Assembly (NCBI GenBank): GCA_023334545.1
Contig: JAADVB010000012.1
Location: forward strand, 62,001-126,000
Source of the DNA: Salisapilia sapeloensis CBS 127946
Taxonomy: Eukaryota; Protista; Oomycota
DNA length: 64,000 nt
Direction of reading: 5' to 3'
Shown here: in pieces, positions 20,530 through 31,684 of the stretch
Layout: the number at the start of each line of letters is the position of its first letter
Position numbering within the stretch: the stretch's first letter is position 1
Notes under the pieces: model-generated
The model's input: the letters and a program-made list of their open reading frames with translations, nothing else
The model's database searches: none
Told to the model about the DNA's origin: nothing
Translations under genes and position numbers: made by a program

Positions 20530-22499
20530 TTATTCCATCGCAGCTGCCTCATCTTCACGCGCCAAGATCGGGTCGTCCATCATGTCGACTGCATCATCCG
20601 GTCGAGAACCGTCTGGGATCGGGACACCCCAATCACATTCACTTTCGATGCCATTATTGTCATGATGCATTTGAATACGGAACCACCCTTCTTCACCCCA
20701 GTAAGTTCCCCACGAGTTACGTCCAATCCAGTATTCAGTGTCCGTTTCATCATCATATCCCCATCCGGCAATGGAGACCTCATGGTTGACCATTGGCAGC
20801 CATTTCTTTTCGGAAAAGATACCGCCTTGGTACTGGAGGAACTTGTCGGTGGCATCAATGCCACATCCAATAGGTCCACGCTTGTAGATCTCTGCCTTCA
20901 TACGATCTGCGCCACGCACGCTGCCGTACTCGGACACGTAATACTTGGTGAATTTCTCCACTGGGTCACATTTGCCTGGTGTGAAGGACTCTTTCGTCGG
21001 CCAACACGTCTCGCAGACAGCGTACTTGTCACATTTCAAGTTCTTTGCCTGGTACGCCTGGCATGTCTGGTCCGGAAGACCGTGCTTGTGTGCGTACTCG
21101 TACACGACACCAGGGTTTCCACCGTTGCATGTGCCTCCTCCATGGCAATTGATGAGCACTTGAGGGGCCAGTGCGATCTCAGGCCATGAGCCATTGCGCA
21201 TAATCATGATACGGTCCGATAAGGCGCTCGTGGGACCTTGCGCCCAGCAACTGCCACAGTAGACGGGAATGTGCTGGTTCTTGTCCCACGTCACGTAGCT
21301 CTTGCCGTTCACGTTCCTCCAGTCCCACTCCTTGGGTAAAGACTCAATGTCCATCTCTTCATGCGGACGAGCTGAGAGCACGTGTTCTCCTGATGAGAAC
21401 TTGAGAGGATGACGGCATCCGCCATTCGTCAATGGCATTTGTCCCATCGCTGAGGTAGGGAACAGGGCAGCAGGGTTGGCATTCGACTCGACACTCAGTT
21501 CGTGGTGTGGAGTAACTGTCTTGGGCCAGCCATTGTCTTTCGGTACACCAAAGGCGCATTCGCCTTCGATGCCCAAGTTGTTTTCTCCACGCACCAGGCG
21601 CATCCAGCCTTCTTCTCCCCAGAAGCTTCCCCACGAGTTGCGGATGACCCAGTACTTGACGCCGTTCTCTTCGCCCCACCCGGCGACGGAGATAGCGTGA
21701 TCTACATCCTTGGCTCCAGTCTTGTCGTGGAAGATTCCGCCAGAGTAGGCTAGGAAATCATCCGTAACAGCGACGCCACAAGCGATAGGTCCACGCTCCA
21801 TAATCTCTGCCATCATCTCATGCTCACCGTTTGTCGTGCCGTACTCGGAGACAAAGTACTTTTCAAACTGCGGCGGCGTGAAGCATCCTTCTCCCGGCAT
21901 GCAGTTTTCACAAATGTCCGTCGCACCACACTTGTTGCCCGTGTCGTGACCAGTGGCGCTGTACCTTTGGCATCCTTCTTCCGGCACGCCGTTCGCGTGC
22001 ATAAAGCGGTAGGCACTCAATGGATCACCACCGTGGCATCCTTGGTCCTCCATATCGCAGTTCAGGATCACTTGTGGTGATAAAACGACCTCACGGTTCA
22101 CATCCAGTTGCGTATGCCCATCGCTCTTGCCGTTCCGCGCCTTCGAGATCATCACACGATCCGCCAACGCCGATGTTGCCGCTATAATCAGTTCGAATTA
22201 AAAGGAGTGTATGTAGCGCTGGAAGAAATGGACGTACACATTGCCCAGCAAGATCCACAGTATCGCGGAATATGCTGGTTCCGTGAGATAGTCACGAAGC
22301 GCGTGCCGTTGACATTGCGCCAATCAAAGTTCTTGGGTAAATCCGCGCTTGTCAAGTGCAAGTGCGGGCGTTCCGTTTCAATAAGCTCACTACGGTCGTC
22401 ACTACGGACGTAGCAGGCGTGACCGACAGGTGACTCTGCATGCACCTCCGATGTGAAGGCACTCGTGAAAAGCAGCGCTAGAGCTGCTACCGATTTCAT
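20530..22499 (-). CDS. Secreted cathepsin X/Z-like cysteine protease with two tandem papain domains (2 exons)
   Basis: Signal peptide [10 protein letters not shown]; domain 1 [12 protein letters not shown] / DHAIS / IRNSWG; domain 2 [12 protein letters not shown] / NHEVS / GRNSWG; phase-1 intron near 22235-22182. Confidence 0.93.
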
Positions 22500-22532
22500 C
22501 TTCTTCCTCTTCCTCCTTCTCGCGCGTTTTGA

Positions 22533-22539
22533 AGAATGA
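22533..22539 (-). promoter_or_regulatory. Putative Inr upstream of the cathepsin
   Basis: TCATTCT followed by TCAAAA on the minus strand, about 35 nt upstream of the ATG. Confidence 0.35.
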
Positions 22540-22819
22540 AAAGATGCGATCTTGTATCGTGAAAACCTTTTATTGAAAATATAGATCCGGTAGCCATTCT
22601 TCAATTAGTATAGTTCACTATATACCTTCACCTGTGATATATAATAAATTAAAAAGAAGATCAGATGAGGTAGATAGCAGATGCTAACGACTACTAGCCG
22701 GTAGGTGGGTGTGGGATTTAAAAGAGTGCAGAGAGCTCCGTTAAAGCTGTGTCCCACTGTAGGTAGAGGTAGAATGTAGCGAAAGAAAGGGTGTCATGAA
22801 TCGATCTTGAACGGGCGCA

Positions 22820-24157
22820 ATGTGGTCAGTTGTGGGAGGTAGGAATCGAAAGTCCGATGTGCTTGGTCTTCCCCCAGATTTCATCTGGACGATGACAGAG
22901 TACGTCGGGTATAACGACTGGGCGAGTGATGAACTCGGAGTCGTCTTCGCGACAGACTTTGTGTATGACATGGGTGCACAGAATGAACGCGGTGTCTTCA
23001 TCGCAGAGGACATTGCGCCGCATACACGTGTCTTTAGTATTCCTCGAAAGTCCCTCTTCACGTCTGCATCAGTCCTGACGCACACAGCCTTGTCCTCCCT
23101 CTCATTCTTCCAACAAGATAGTAAATGGAGCGAGGACGATCGATTGGCCATCGCGCTCTTGTACGAGCGCCATGTCCTCCAGACCTCGTCCAAGTGGGCT
23201 CCGCACATTTCCCTCCTCCCTCAAGCCTACGACAATGTGCTCTACTTTACAACAAAAGAGCTAGAGCTCTTAAAAGGCAGCAACGTCTACCCTGTGGCGA
23301 CGCAGCTCCAAGAAAAGCTGACGACGGACTTTGCACAGCTACAGGACGAGGTTCTCCCGTCCTTGTTTGAGGCCATTCCACACGACCAGCGTCCGTCGCA
23401 AGATATTTTCGATGAATGGTTCTCGTTGGAATCCTATCGGTGGGCACTATCGACTGTCTGGAGTCGATTCGTGTCGATCTCGATGGACGGCGACACGAGT
23501 GCGAAAGCCATGGTTCCTGTCTTTGATATGCTCAACCATGCTCCTGAAGTCGAGATGGCTCACTTCTACGACGCCAAGACGGACGAGTTCGTCCTTGAGT
23601 CCCATCAACACTGGTCTGCCGGTAGCCAAGTGTATATTCCGTACGGCGCCTTGTCCAACCATAAGCTCCTGACTTTATACGGCTTCGTCTTGCCGGAGAA
23701 TGCGTATGATGCGATCGAATTATGGCTTCCGATGGATCCCAATACCAGTTTCTTCTTGGAAAAGGAGAGTAAGCTGCAGGAACTTGGAATTGATCACGAG
23801 TCCACACCTCTCGAGATCGTCAGTGACGAACTAAACGACCTGTTACTCATCTCTCTACGCATTCAATATATCGAAGCCGACAATCTGGATGTCTTCCGAG
23901 ACGAATGTGATAAAGTAATGAAAGGTGAGGCGTTGGATGATGAGCGAGAGAAGCAAGTATTAGCACAGTTGGTCTTAGCGTTGGAAGACATGCTCTCTCG
24001 TTTCCCTCCGACGTCCGAAGATGAAGAATTGGTGGAAGATTTGAGCAAGAGGGAACGTATGGCAATCATGTTACGACAGAGTGATCGACGAATAGTGCAA
24101 GATAACATTCGTATGCTCAAGTGGAAGTTGTTGGCGTTATTACCGGAAGAAAAGTAA
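22820..24157 (+). CDS. SET-domain lysine methyltransferase (RuBisCO LSMT / SETD3-SETD6-like)
   Basis: ERGVFIAEDI, WAPHISLLP, AMVPVFDMLNH, QVYIPYG, C-terminal substrate-binding helices; start may be a downstream Met. Confidence 0.88.
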   Translation: MWSVVGGRNRKSDVLGLPPDFIWTMTEYVGYNDWASDELGVVFATDFVYDMGAQNERGVFIAEDIAPHTRVFSIPRKSLFTSASVLTHTALSSLSFFQQDSKWSEDDRLAIALLYERHVLQTSSKWAPHISLLPQAYDNVLYFTTKELELLKGSNVYPVATQLQEKLTTDFAQLQDEVLPSLFEAIPHDQRPSQDIFDEWFSLESYRWALSTVWSRFVSISMDGDTSAKAMVPVFDMLNHAPEVEMAHFYDAKTDEFVLESHQHWSAGSQVYIPYGALSNHKLLTLYGFVLPENAYDAIELWLPMDPNTSFFLEKESKLQELGIDHESTPLEIVSDELNDLLLISLRIQYIEADNLDVFRDECDKVMKGEALDDEREKQVLAQLVLALEDMLSRFPPTSEDEELVEDLSKRERMAIMLRQSDRRIVQDNIRMLKWKLLALLPEEK

Positions 24158-24175
24158 AAGTGGGAATGAACATGT

Positions 24176-25710
24176 CTAGTTGGGCGCTTGAAAGATCGTT
24201 GTGTGCTTGGCGTTTTTACCGAGTGCGAGTACTTGTGTTCCATCAGGAGAAAAGTAGATGCGCTGGATGTCGGACGGGAGAGCACTTGGGATGACTTCGA
24301 GTGGATCCCATCCGTCTTCTGTCGAGTAAAAGACAATGTCCTTGCCTCGTGTCATCACGAGTACCTAGGATCGATTAAATATGCATGTAGATGATAACAA
24401 AGTAGAGAGCGTACTTTGCCATTGGGAGATAGATCAATGGATTGACTCGAAGGCTTCTCTTCTTGCGTGAACGTTCTAACGAGCTTTGGATCTTCATTCG
24501 CCATGTATCGGACTACAAGGTACATTAGATACTGTAGCAACGAAGAGAAGGGCATGACGTACCATTGATGTTCCAAAGCCGGACGGAACCATCTTTCGAT
24601 GTCGTGACGATGTGATTCACCGGGAGCGAGTCGTTGCCATCGAATGCAAGATCTAGGATCCCAGTCTACGTAGCGATTTGTCAAAAGGATAGAGACATTG
24701 GATAAAGTAGAAAGACGTACGCGATGACCTCGGAGCGACATGATCTTTTGTGTCTTCTTAAATGCACCAGTTTTCTCTCGTGAAATCTCCAAGATACGAA
24801 CTTCAGGTGTGTAGGCAGCCACAGCAATGTATCGATTGTCCTTTGAACCGACGCAATGGTAGTTGGCTACTTGATTCGTATTCACTGTCTGCAATAAGTC
24901 TCCTTGGATGCTCCAAAACTTGACTTCAGTATCGGATCCTTCTGCGCTCGTGACAATTGTTGCTGCCTGTGATGACGTTAGTAGAGCTACTTTAGATGAC
25001 AGACGGATGGGAGAATACTTGTCCAACGTCGTTCATCAGAACAGAGTGGACGTCTGTCTTGTGGCTCACTGGAAACTCTGCGACCACCTCTGGCTTATTC
25101 TTCAGTTTCTCTGTCGAGTGCATGTGAGATATAGGAAAGAGATGATCGTCAATAGAGTATTTACGATAGAGACGGACGTTGCCACCTTGCGTTGCGACCA
25201 CCTAGGACGATGCAAGTGAGCTGTATTCGTTATATCAATTGCAATTGTACGTACCAATGTCCGACCATCGCATGAAAAGGTCATGGCAGTGGCATGATCA
25301 AAGTCTAACGACAGTTTCTGAAACTTTGGTGTCTTGTCACCTAGCGTCTCACACTGGTAGACTCGAATCGTGCGGTCGCTACTGGCTGTCGCGACGAATC
25401 GGCCATTCGGACTGAAGGCTGCAGCGGTCAATGCGTATTTATGGCCTCGCAATACGTGCAAGACACTTGGGTGTGTCGACGCAGCATCTTGCTCTGCCTG
25501 AGCTTGTGCAGACACTTGCTTCTTACGCTTCAGCTCGGCCGTGACATCCACTTTCTTCGGTTTGCTCTTCTTCGGCTTGGCTTGCTGCTCTAGCTGCTGT
25601 TGCTTTGCTTCCTCTCGTTTTCTCGCAGCTTCCAACTCTTGCTGCTGCTGATAGTACATATACACAGCTCCTGCAGCTACGAGAAGGAGCGCAAGGACCC
25701 ACGCGAACAT
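24176..25710 (-). CDS. TBL2: Transducin beta-like 2 (TBL2) WD40 protein with N-terminal membrane anchor, multi-exon
   Basis: TM MFAWVLALLLVAAGAVYMYY; LRGHKYALTAAAFSPNGRFVATASSDRT; LDFDHATAMTFSCDG; QVANYHCVGSKDNRYIAVAAYTPEV. Confidence 0.8.
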
Positions 25711-26718
25711 GATGACCGATGGAACGATTGCAGAGCTTCGTGTCTCCAAGATACGTGTCAACGAGTACCACTCGTGTACCATTATTGAAGTTGTGTGGAA
25801 ACTTTGCCGGCATGCGCATCAAGCACGGCATGCACAGAGTATCGTTTGCACTATTGTTCTAAGCCCGTTTACGATTAATTGATTCAAATCAGTAGGGCGG
25901 ACTGGTACTTGCCACAACCGGACGTTTGTTGACCACCCGAACTTCCATGTTTTAGTATCAAGTTCTGCCATCGAAGAACTTATTCGCTTACTCACTCTGC
26001 TTTCAAGGAATCGGAATGTGCAGCGAACCGAGTAGGCAAGTGATTTCTTTCTGTGCAAAACCGTTTGCTTCGATCCAATAGTTCACGTAGACACGTTCTA
26101 GCCTGCTATTTCCTAGGGTATCAAGCTCGACGTAACGTTCGATGCGAAAAATACAGTTGATAGATCTCTTATGTCTCTCCCATGTGAATCAAACATTCCG
26201 CTTGAGCATTGGTACGCGATGCCAGACATGGGGTGGTATCTAGAAAAGGCCTTTTCGAAAAACGAAGGTATTGATCCGAGCATATCTGGTCAACGACACA
26301 CCAACTCGTCTTTCTTTCTGTTCTTCATTTGCTATTTTAATCCCAACGTACGTTCCTATATCCAAGCCCCTTTACAAGCACCGGAGTAACTCACTCGTGC
26401 GCCTTGCCAAGAATCTGGTTGCCTAGCTGGAAACTGCCTGCTCGCTTGGGCGTCGCCCAAAATACCATTCCGAGCACAGGTATTTATTTCCAAAATTAGC
26501 ATCACGCACGGCAGTTCTGCTTTTGGAAACACCGAAGGTTGAAACGGACGCAGTCCCTCAGGCCCTTCACACTTGCTTCCTTCATTCGGTCAAACCGATC
26601 GTCCGTCTCCTTCCAGTGTCAAGCAGTCCGTCTATCACAGACTACTGAACCAGTATTTACACACTTCCTTTCATCCAGTGCTAGCAAGTAGTTCCATTGT
26701 CACCATACACAACAAACA

Positions 26719-27873
26719 ATGGCCACACCTGAATCCACGGACACGAACATGGCGTTTAAATTTACAGCCCCACTCGACATGAGTCAGTTCGATCTGGGCG
26801 TTACCCTGGGGACGGGATCCTTTGGACGCGTTCGTTTTTCAACTCACAAAGTAAGAATACATCCGTAGGACCATGCTGGGCTTGTCTAACTTTGATCTAG
26901 GAAACGTCGACGTATTGGGCCATTAAAATCTTGAAGAAAGCTGAGATCATTCGACTCCAACAAGTACCTCTTCCATTTATTTGTACTTGTCGATCATGTT
27001 ATTTATATTTGATGCGCAGGTGGAGCATATACTGTCTGAAAAGTCGATCCTCTTATGCCTGAATCACCCGTTTGTGGTGAATCTGGCTGGAACGTTCCAA
27101 GATGCCAAGTACCTGTACATGGTCATTGAGTATGTCATCGGTGGTGAGTTCTTCACGCACCTTCGGAAAGCCGGCCGTTTCGACAACAACACAGCCAAGT
27201 TCTACTCCGCTCAAGTCGTTTCTATCTTCGAGTACCTCCATCGACAGGACTTTATCTATCGCGATTTGAAGCCAGAAAACTTGTTGCTCGATTCCGAAGG
27301 GTACATTAAGATCACGGACTTTGGCTTTGCGAAACGAGTAGCTTTTAAAACCTACACGCTCTGTGGTACACCAGAGTACATTGCTCCAGAAGTATTGCTT
27401 AACAAAGGACATGGCAAAGGTGTCGACTGGTGGACACTGGTACATTCGATTCTACTTTCCTCTCTTCTTGTGTACTAAACGTTCCCTAGGGCATCCTCTT
27501 GTACGAGATGTTGGCTGGTCAACCACCATTCTGTGACGACGATCCGATGGGCATCTACCAGCAGATTCTATCTGGTAAAATCAACTTCCCTCGGTTCTTT
27601 GACCGCAACGCCAAGGCGCTGATCAAGCGACTATTGACACCGGACTTGACGAAGCGCTATGGATGCCTCAAGAATGGTGTGGAGGACATTAAGAAGCACA
27701 AATACTTTAGTGGTGTTAATTGGGATGAACTGCTTGCGAGAAAGCAAGCAGCTCCGATTATTCCTAAAGTATCGACGGCGAATGATACGAGTAACTTTGA
27801 TCCGTATCCGGACTCGTGTGAAGATGCGATCGTCCCGGTGTACAATGGAAAAGACCCGTTCGCAGACTTTTAA
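26719..27873 (+). CDS. PKA-C: cAMP-dependent protein kinase catalytic subunit, multi-exon
   Basis: [50 protein letters not shown]. Confidence 0.95.
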
Positions 27874-27955
27874 AGCATTTCCTGCACATGGACATGAACG
27901 TAGGAATAAAGTAATAAATGCATAAATCACTTTCAACGCCAACATTCGATTCATC

Positions 27956-28729
27956 TTAGAGTTTCGCACTCGGTTTCTTGTCCCCAGGGAAGCGGAAGTA
28001 ATCACTCTTGTGGGGGAGCACACGCATGATACGACCGGCATTCGACGTGTCGGTCGTAACGTCCGCGAAGGCTTGGGTTACCGTCGGCAGGGGAATCAGC
28101 TCACCTTGGGACTTGGCAACACCAGCATCTTCCGCCAATTGACCCATGGCTGTCTTGGCGAAAGCTGGGGCGAGACCGCATACACGAATGTTGTCCGACT
28201 CGTGGAGAGAGCTCATGGCACGTGTGAAGTGGATGACACCAGCTTTCGCAGCGACGTAATCCGCCATGTACGACGGAGCGTAGATGCCAGCTACACTGCC
28301 AATGTTCACAATAACACCTTCGCCCTTGTTTAAGTATTGACGGAACTCTCGAACGGCTACCTGAGTGCCTCGCATGACAGCAATGAGGTCAATGTCCATG
28401 ACTTTCTCCCATAGATCGCCTGCAGGAAATTCTAATCCGCCAGCGATACCAGCGTTATTCACGAGCATATTGATCGGTTTCTCAAAGTACATTCGAGCAG
28501 TTTTAAATACTCGATCGAAAGATGAGCGGTGCGTGACATCCTGTTGCGTGCTCGAGACGCGGGCTTTGCCAAACTGCTTCTGAAGCTCCTTGGTCGTCGC
28601 CGCAAGCTCGGCTTCATTGATGTCCGTGAGGAAGACGTAGCCTCCAGCTTGCAAGATGGCAATACCAAAGGCTTTGCCGAAGCCTGTGGCACCACCTGTG
28701 ACGATTGCAATGGATTGGGAGAGCTGCAT
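27956..28729 (-). CDS. Short-chain dehydrogenase/reductase (15-hydroxyprostaglandin dehydrogenase-like)
   Basis: TGGATGFG, LVNNAGI, NIGSVAG, YVAAK. Confidence 0.93.
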   Translation of the reverse strand: MQLSQSIAIVTGGATGFGKAFGIAILQAGGYVFLTDINEAELAATTKELQKQFGKARVSSTQQDVTHRSSFDRVFKTARMYFEKPINMLVNNAGIAGGLEFPAGDLWEKVMDIDLIAVMRGTQVAVREFRQYLNKGEGVIVNIGSVAGIYAPSYMADYVAAKAGVIHFTRAMSSLHESDNIRVCGLAPAFAKTAMGQLAEDAGVAKSQGELIPLPTVTQAFADVTTDTSNAGRIMRVLPHKSDYFRFPGDKKPSAKL

Positions 28730-28752
28730 GTTGATCTAGCGGTGCGAAAGGA

Positions 28753-28759
28753 GGAATGA
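28753..28759 (-). promoter_or_regulatory. Putative Inr upstream of the SDR gene
   Basis: TCATTCC on the minus strand about 25 nt upstream of the ATG. Confidence 0.35.
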
Positions 28760-28836
28760 AGTAGAGATCGAGATGGGAGGATGTTTACGTAGCATGTTGA
28801 AGTTAGGAACACGTGGGATATACGAAAAAGGGCGAA

Positions 28837-29262
28837 ATGAGCTCAAGTCAACCGTCGGAGGCACAGGCGCTGTCCAAGAGCTTCGATAGTGCGTTTATGT
28901 AGTAGAGTCTAGCCGAGAGATGTAGCTTAATTTGTTTGCGTTGTAGATGCGTATGAGATGGCGCAGTTGCTCCAGACAGGGCTCGATCGAGACACGTTAA
29001 AAACATTGATGGTTCTGCTGCAGCGAGGCGTGAACCCCGAGGCGTTGGCTGATCTTGTTAAAGATCTTCGAAAGGAGGCGGCAGGACAGGAGGAGAGTCC
29101 AGCTGCAAGTAGCCGTCCTTCCAGTGGGCGCAGTGTGACGGGCAAGAAGCCCCTGAGCGATCCGGACGTCCAGGTTAGTCAGGTTCGTTATTTCGTCCCA
29201 ACTCACCTTTCACCCGTACTTATGTATCTTATGATCAGAAGAAGCGTCGATCAGGCTACTAG
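28837..29262 (+). CDS. MZT1: MOZART1 / mitotic-spindle organizing protein 1, 3 exons, with C-terminal extension
   Basis: YEMAQLLQTGLDRDTLKTLMVLLQRGVNPEALADLVKDLRKE; first and last exons inferred from GT-AG sites. Confidence 0.85.
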
Positions 29263-29685
29263 CATAGACATTCTTCCTTGGCAATTGCTTCGTCTAGAGC
29301 GATACACATTGAACTCCAGACTCTTACGCTGCAGATGAATAGATAGCATTTTATATTTTGTGTCTTTCCTTTAGTAGACGATATATCTACTTCAATCACG
29401 ACCACATATCTTCGTTGCTAGTGTATAAAGACATATTTATTCTCTTTCTAGATTCCTCTTCCTCGCAGTACATCTTTAGATACTTCTATCCACCAGAGCA
29501 GGACTAGTCTCTAGATAGCTCTTAGATATCCTACTTGTGTCCACAGCTACATTAGTGGCATGCATAGTATGCTGGAAGCAATCTAATACCTTATCCATTC
29601 GGTAGAAAGTTAAACAGCAAAAGGTCTGACGAGCAAGAAATACAAGAATGAACGATAAACAAAGTGCCTTGTGGTCGGCAAACTT

Positions 29686-31335
29686 TTAAATTGGTCGATT
29701 CAGTTTTCCTATCGTCTGTGCAAACAGAGCTGTTTGGCTCATGACGACAAAGCTAAAGAAGATCACGAGCATGACAGGTCGTAGTACTGGATTCATAAAC
29801 CAGTCTGTGCGTCCGACGACATGGAGAAATGATAGTTGGAAAACAAGCACCAACGGTACCTTTCTACCAGCACTCTTTCCCGTCGTCCTGAGCAAACTAC
29901 GTACGCTCAACTCTCCACGCCATTTCTTATTATCCACATCTGCGTGCATACCTCTCAACTTCCAATTCACGTCGTATATCAAGAGCACTGAGAATTCTAG
30001 TAAAATAACCAAGTACAGCCACAACATCCCGCCATACCATGGATGTATAAGCGGTGGTACCATCTTCACTGCTGCGATATTCACCACCAACGAGATGAGT
30101 GCGCTCGCGAGTATTGGTGAAGAGGCAGCTAGCTGCAGTACATTACATGACACCTGGAAGAGTTTCCGCACAACCCTCGAATTCAAAACTTCATCAGACA
30201 AGATGGAGGACGTCGGCATGTCCAAGGACGATGCTTGTAAGGCTAGACAGAGGTAGCAATACAGACACCATCCAGCCACGAACAAGAGAGAGGAAAGCAA
30301 TACTTGTGAAATAAAGAAAACGAAATGATCCTCCCCAAGCGTCTCTCGCACTTGCTGCCAATGCCAAAAGACTTGGAAGTAGACGTACGGAAGCCAGAAC
30401 CACGGTTTGATCATGTCACCACTGTATCGAAAGGACAGGAGCGGGCCGGGGACCTCACTACCTCCATCCTTGTCCTTGCACTTGTACAAATCCCAGTTTA
30501 AACGCTCGTAAAAGACCATGTGGTTTACACTGTAGTAGAACGGAAGACGACGGACGATTGCATCCGTCACATTCGGTCGATGTGCTCCGAGGTTTTGCTC
30601 TGCCTCCTCTTCTTCTGTATAGAAAAGCGGACTCTCTTCCAATGCTTCAAAGAGACCTGGCAAGAAGCCTTGTGTGATCCCGAGGTAATTGTAATCTCGA
30701 CCGGTGATCATGAAGCTATCGATTGCATCGAGATAGACGTTTCGTGCCGTGACACTAGGAGGCGAGATGACTAGAAGACTGTTGGAATACACGACTGCTT
30801 GGCCGTTATCAACAGCACAGAATGGACCACAAGCGAAGATCTCGTCTAAATTACGGATCACGACGTTCTCTGGATCGAGATACACCACTCGTTTTAATTG
30901 AGAGATCTTCGGATCTTCCCAAATCACTTGTTTATTCCGCATGTGTAGTAGCTGAGCCTTTTGATCCGTCAGAGGTGCATTCTTGTACACATTCGGAGCA
31001 TTCGTTTCCACGATTTCGATGGCTGGGTCATCCTTTAGAAACTGTTCTCGGTTCGCCGAGCTAATACCGTCTTCTGGGATAAGAATAAGACGGCGGTATT
31101 GTGTCTTGGAAGCAGTGATGGATCGCATGAGGACTCTCGTGGCCAGTAGAAGAGCATCACTGTCGGCACCATAGTCATAAAAGAAAGTGGCAAAGCCACC
31201 TTCGGATGGACCGACATCAGCAGGAGGTAGTCCTGCTTCTATTTGACTCCATAGAGAAACGTTGATGGTCAATAGAAGTAGGTAGACCTTTTGCCAAGAC
31301 ATGTAGCTCGATAGAAAGCTTGACAGATGTATCAA
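29686..31335 (-). CDS. GT8 glycosyltransferase-like protein with C-terminal TM helices (IPUT1/PGSIP6-like architecture)
   Basis: Signal/anchor; RVLMRSI...RRLILI; VVYLDPENVVIRNLDEIFACGPFCAV; RRLPFYYSVN; IKPWFW; several C-terminal TM segments. Confidence 0.75.
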   Translation of the reverse strand: MIHLSSFLSSYMSWQKVYLLLLTINVSLWSQIEAGLPPADVGPSEGGFATFFYDYGADSDALLLATRVLMRSITASKTQYRRLILIPEDGISSANREQFLKDDPAIEIVETNAPNVYKNAPLTDQKAQLLHMRNKQVIWEDPKISQLKRVVYLDPENVVIRNLDEIFACGPFCAVDNGQAVVYSNSLLVISPPSVTARNVYLDAIDSFMITGRDYNYLGITQGFLPGLFEALEESPLFYTEEEEAEQNLGAHRPNVTDAIVRRLPFYYSVNHMVFYERLNWDLYKCKDKDGGSEVPGPLLSFRYSGDMIKPWFWLPYVYFQVFWHWQQVRETLGEDHFVFFISQVLLSSLLFVAGWCLYCYLCLALQASSLDMPTSSILSDEVLNSRVVRKLFQVSCNVLQLAASSPILASALISLVVNIAAVKMVPPLIHPWYGGMLWLYLVILLEFSVLLIYDVNWKLRGMHADVDNKKWRGELSVRSLLRTTGKSAGRKVPLVLVFQLSFLHVVGRTDWFMNPVLRPVMLVIFFSFVVMSQTALFAQTIGKLNRPI

Positions 31336-31684
31336 AAGCTTCCTAGAAGCTGGTACTCGAAGACGTCTGGTACTTGAGTCGCAAAATGTAGTGATGATGG
31401 CAACTGAGTGGCTTTTATGTAGAGTACATAACGATTTCTATGAAAAAGAAAAGAGTGCTCCTCCCAGATTTCCATGTCAACCTCGTGTATTAGGTCGAAG
31501 GAGATATTTGGATGAAAGATAGGACAGCTAAATATAGAACTTGATAGGGATATCGTGGTACTTCTGTATCGCTTTGACTTGACAAGGATGCTGGAATGGA
31601 TGCAACTCAGATCTGATGCGTGTCAACAGGTACTTTGGAATTGCGATCCACAACCATTATTCTTTGCAGCTGAACAGGAGGAAG

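Noticed and set aside
25800-26400. Short open frames in the TBL2-PKA divergent region
   Set aside because: Under about 80 codons, no consistent exon chain or motif; more likely promoter or UTR
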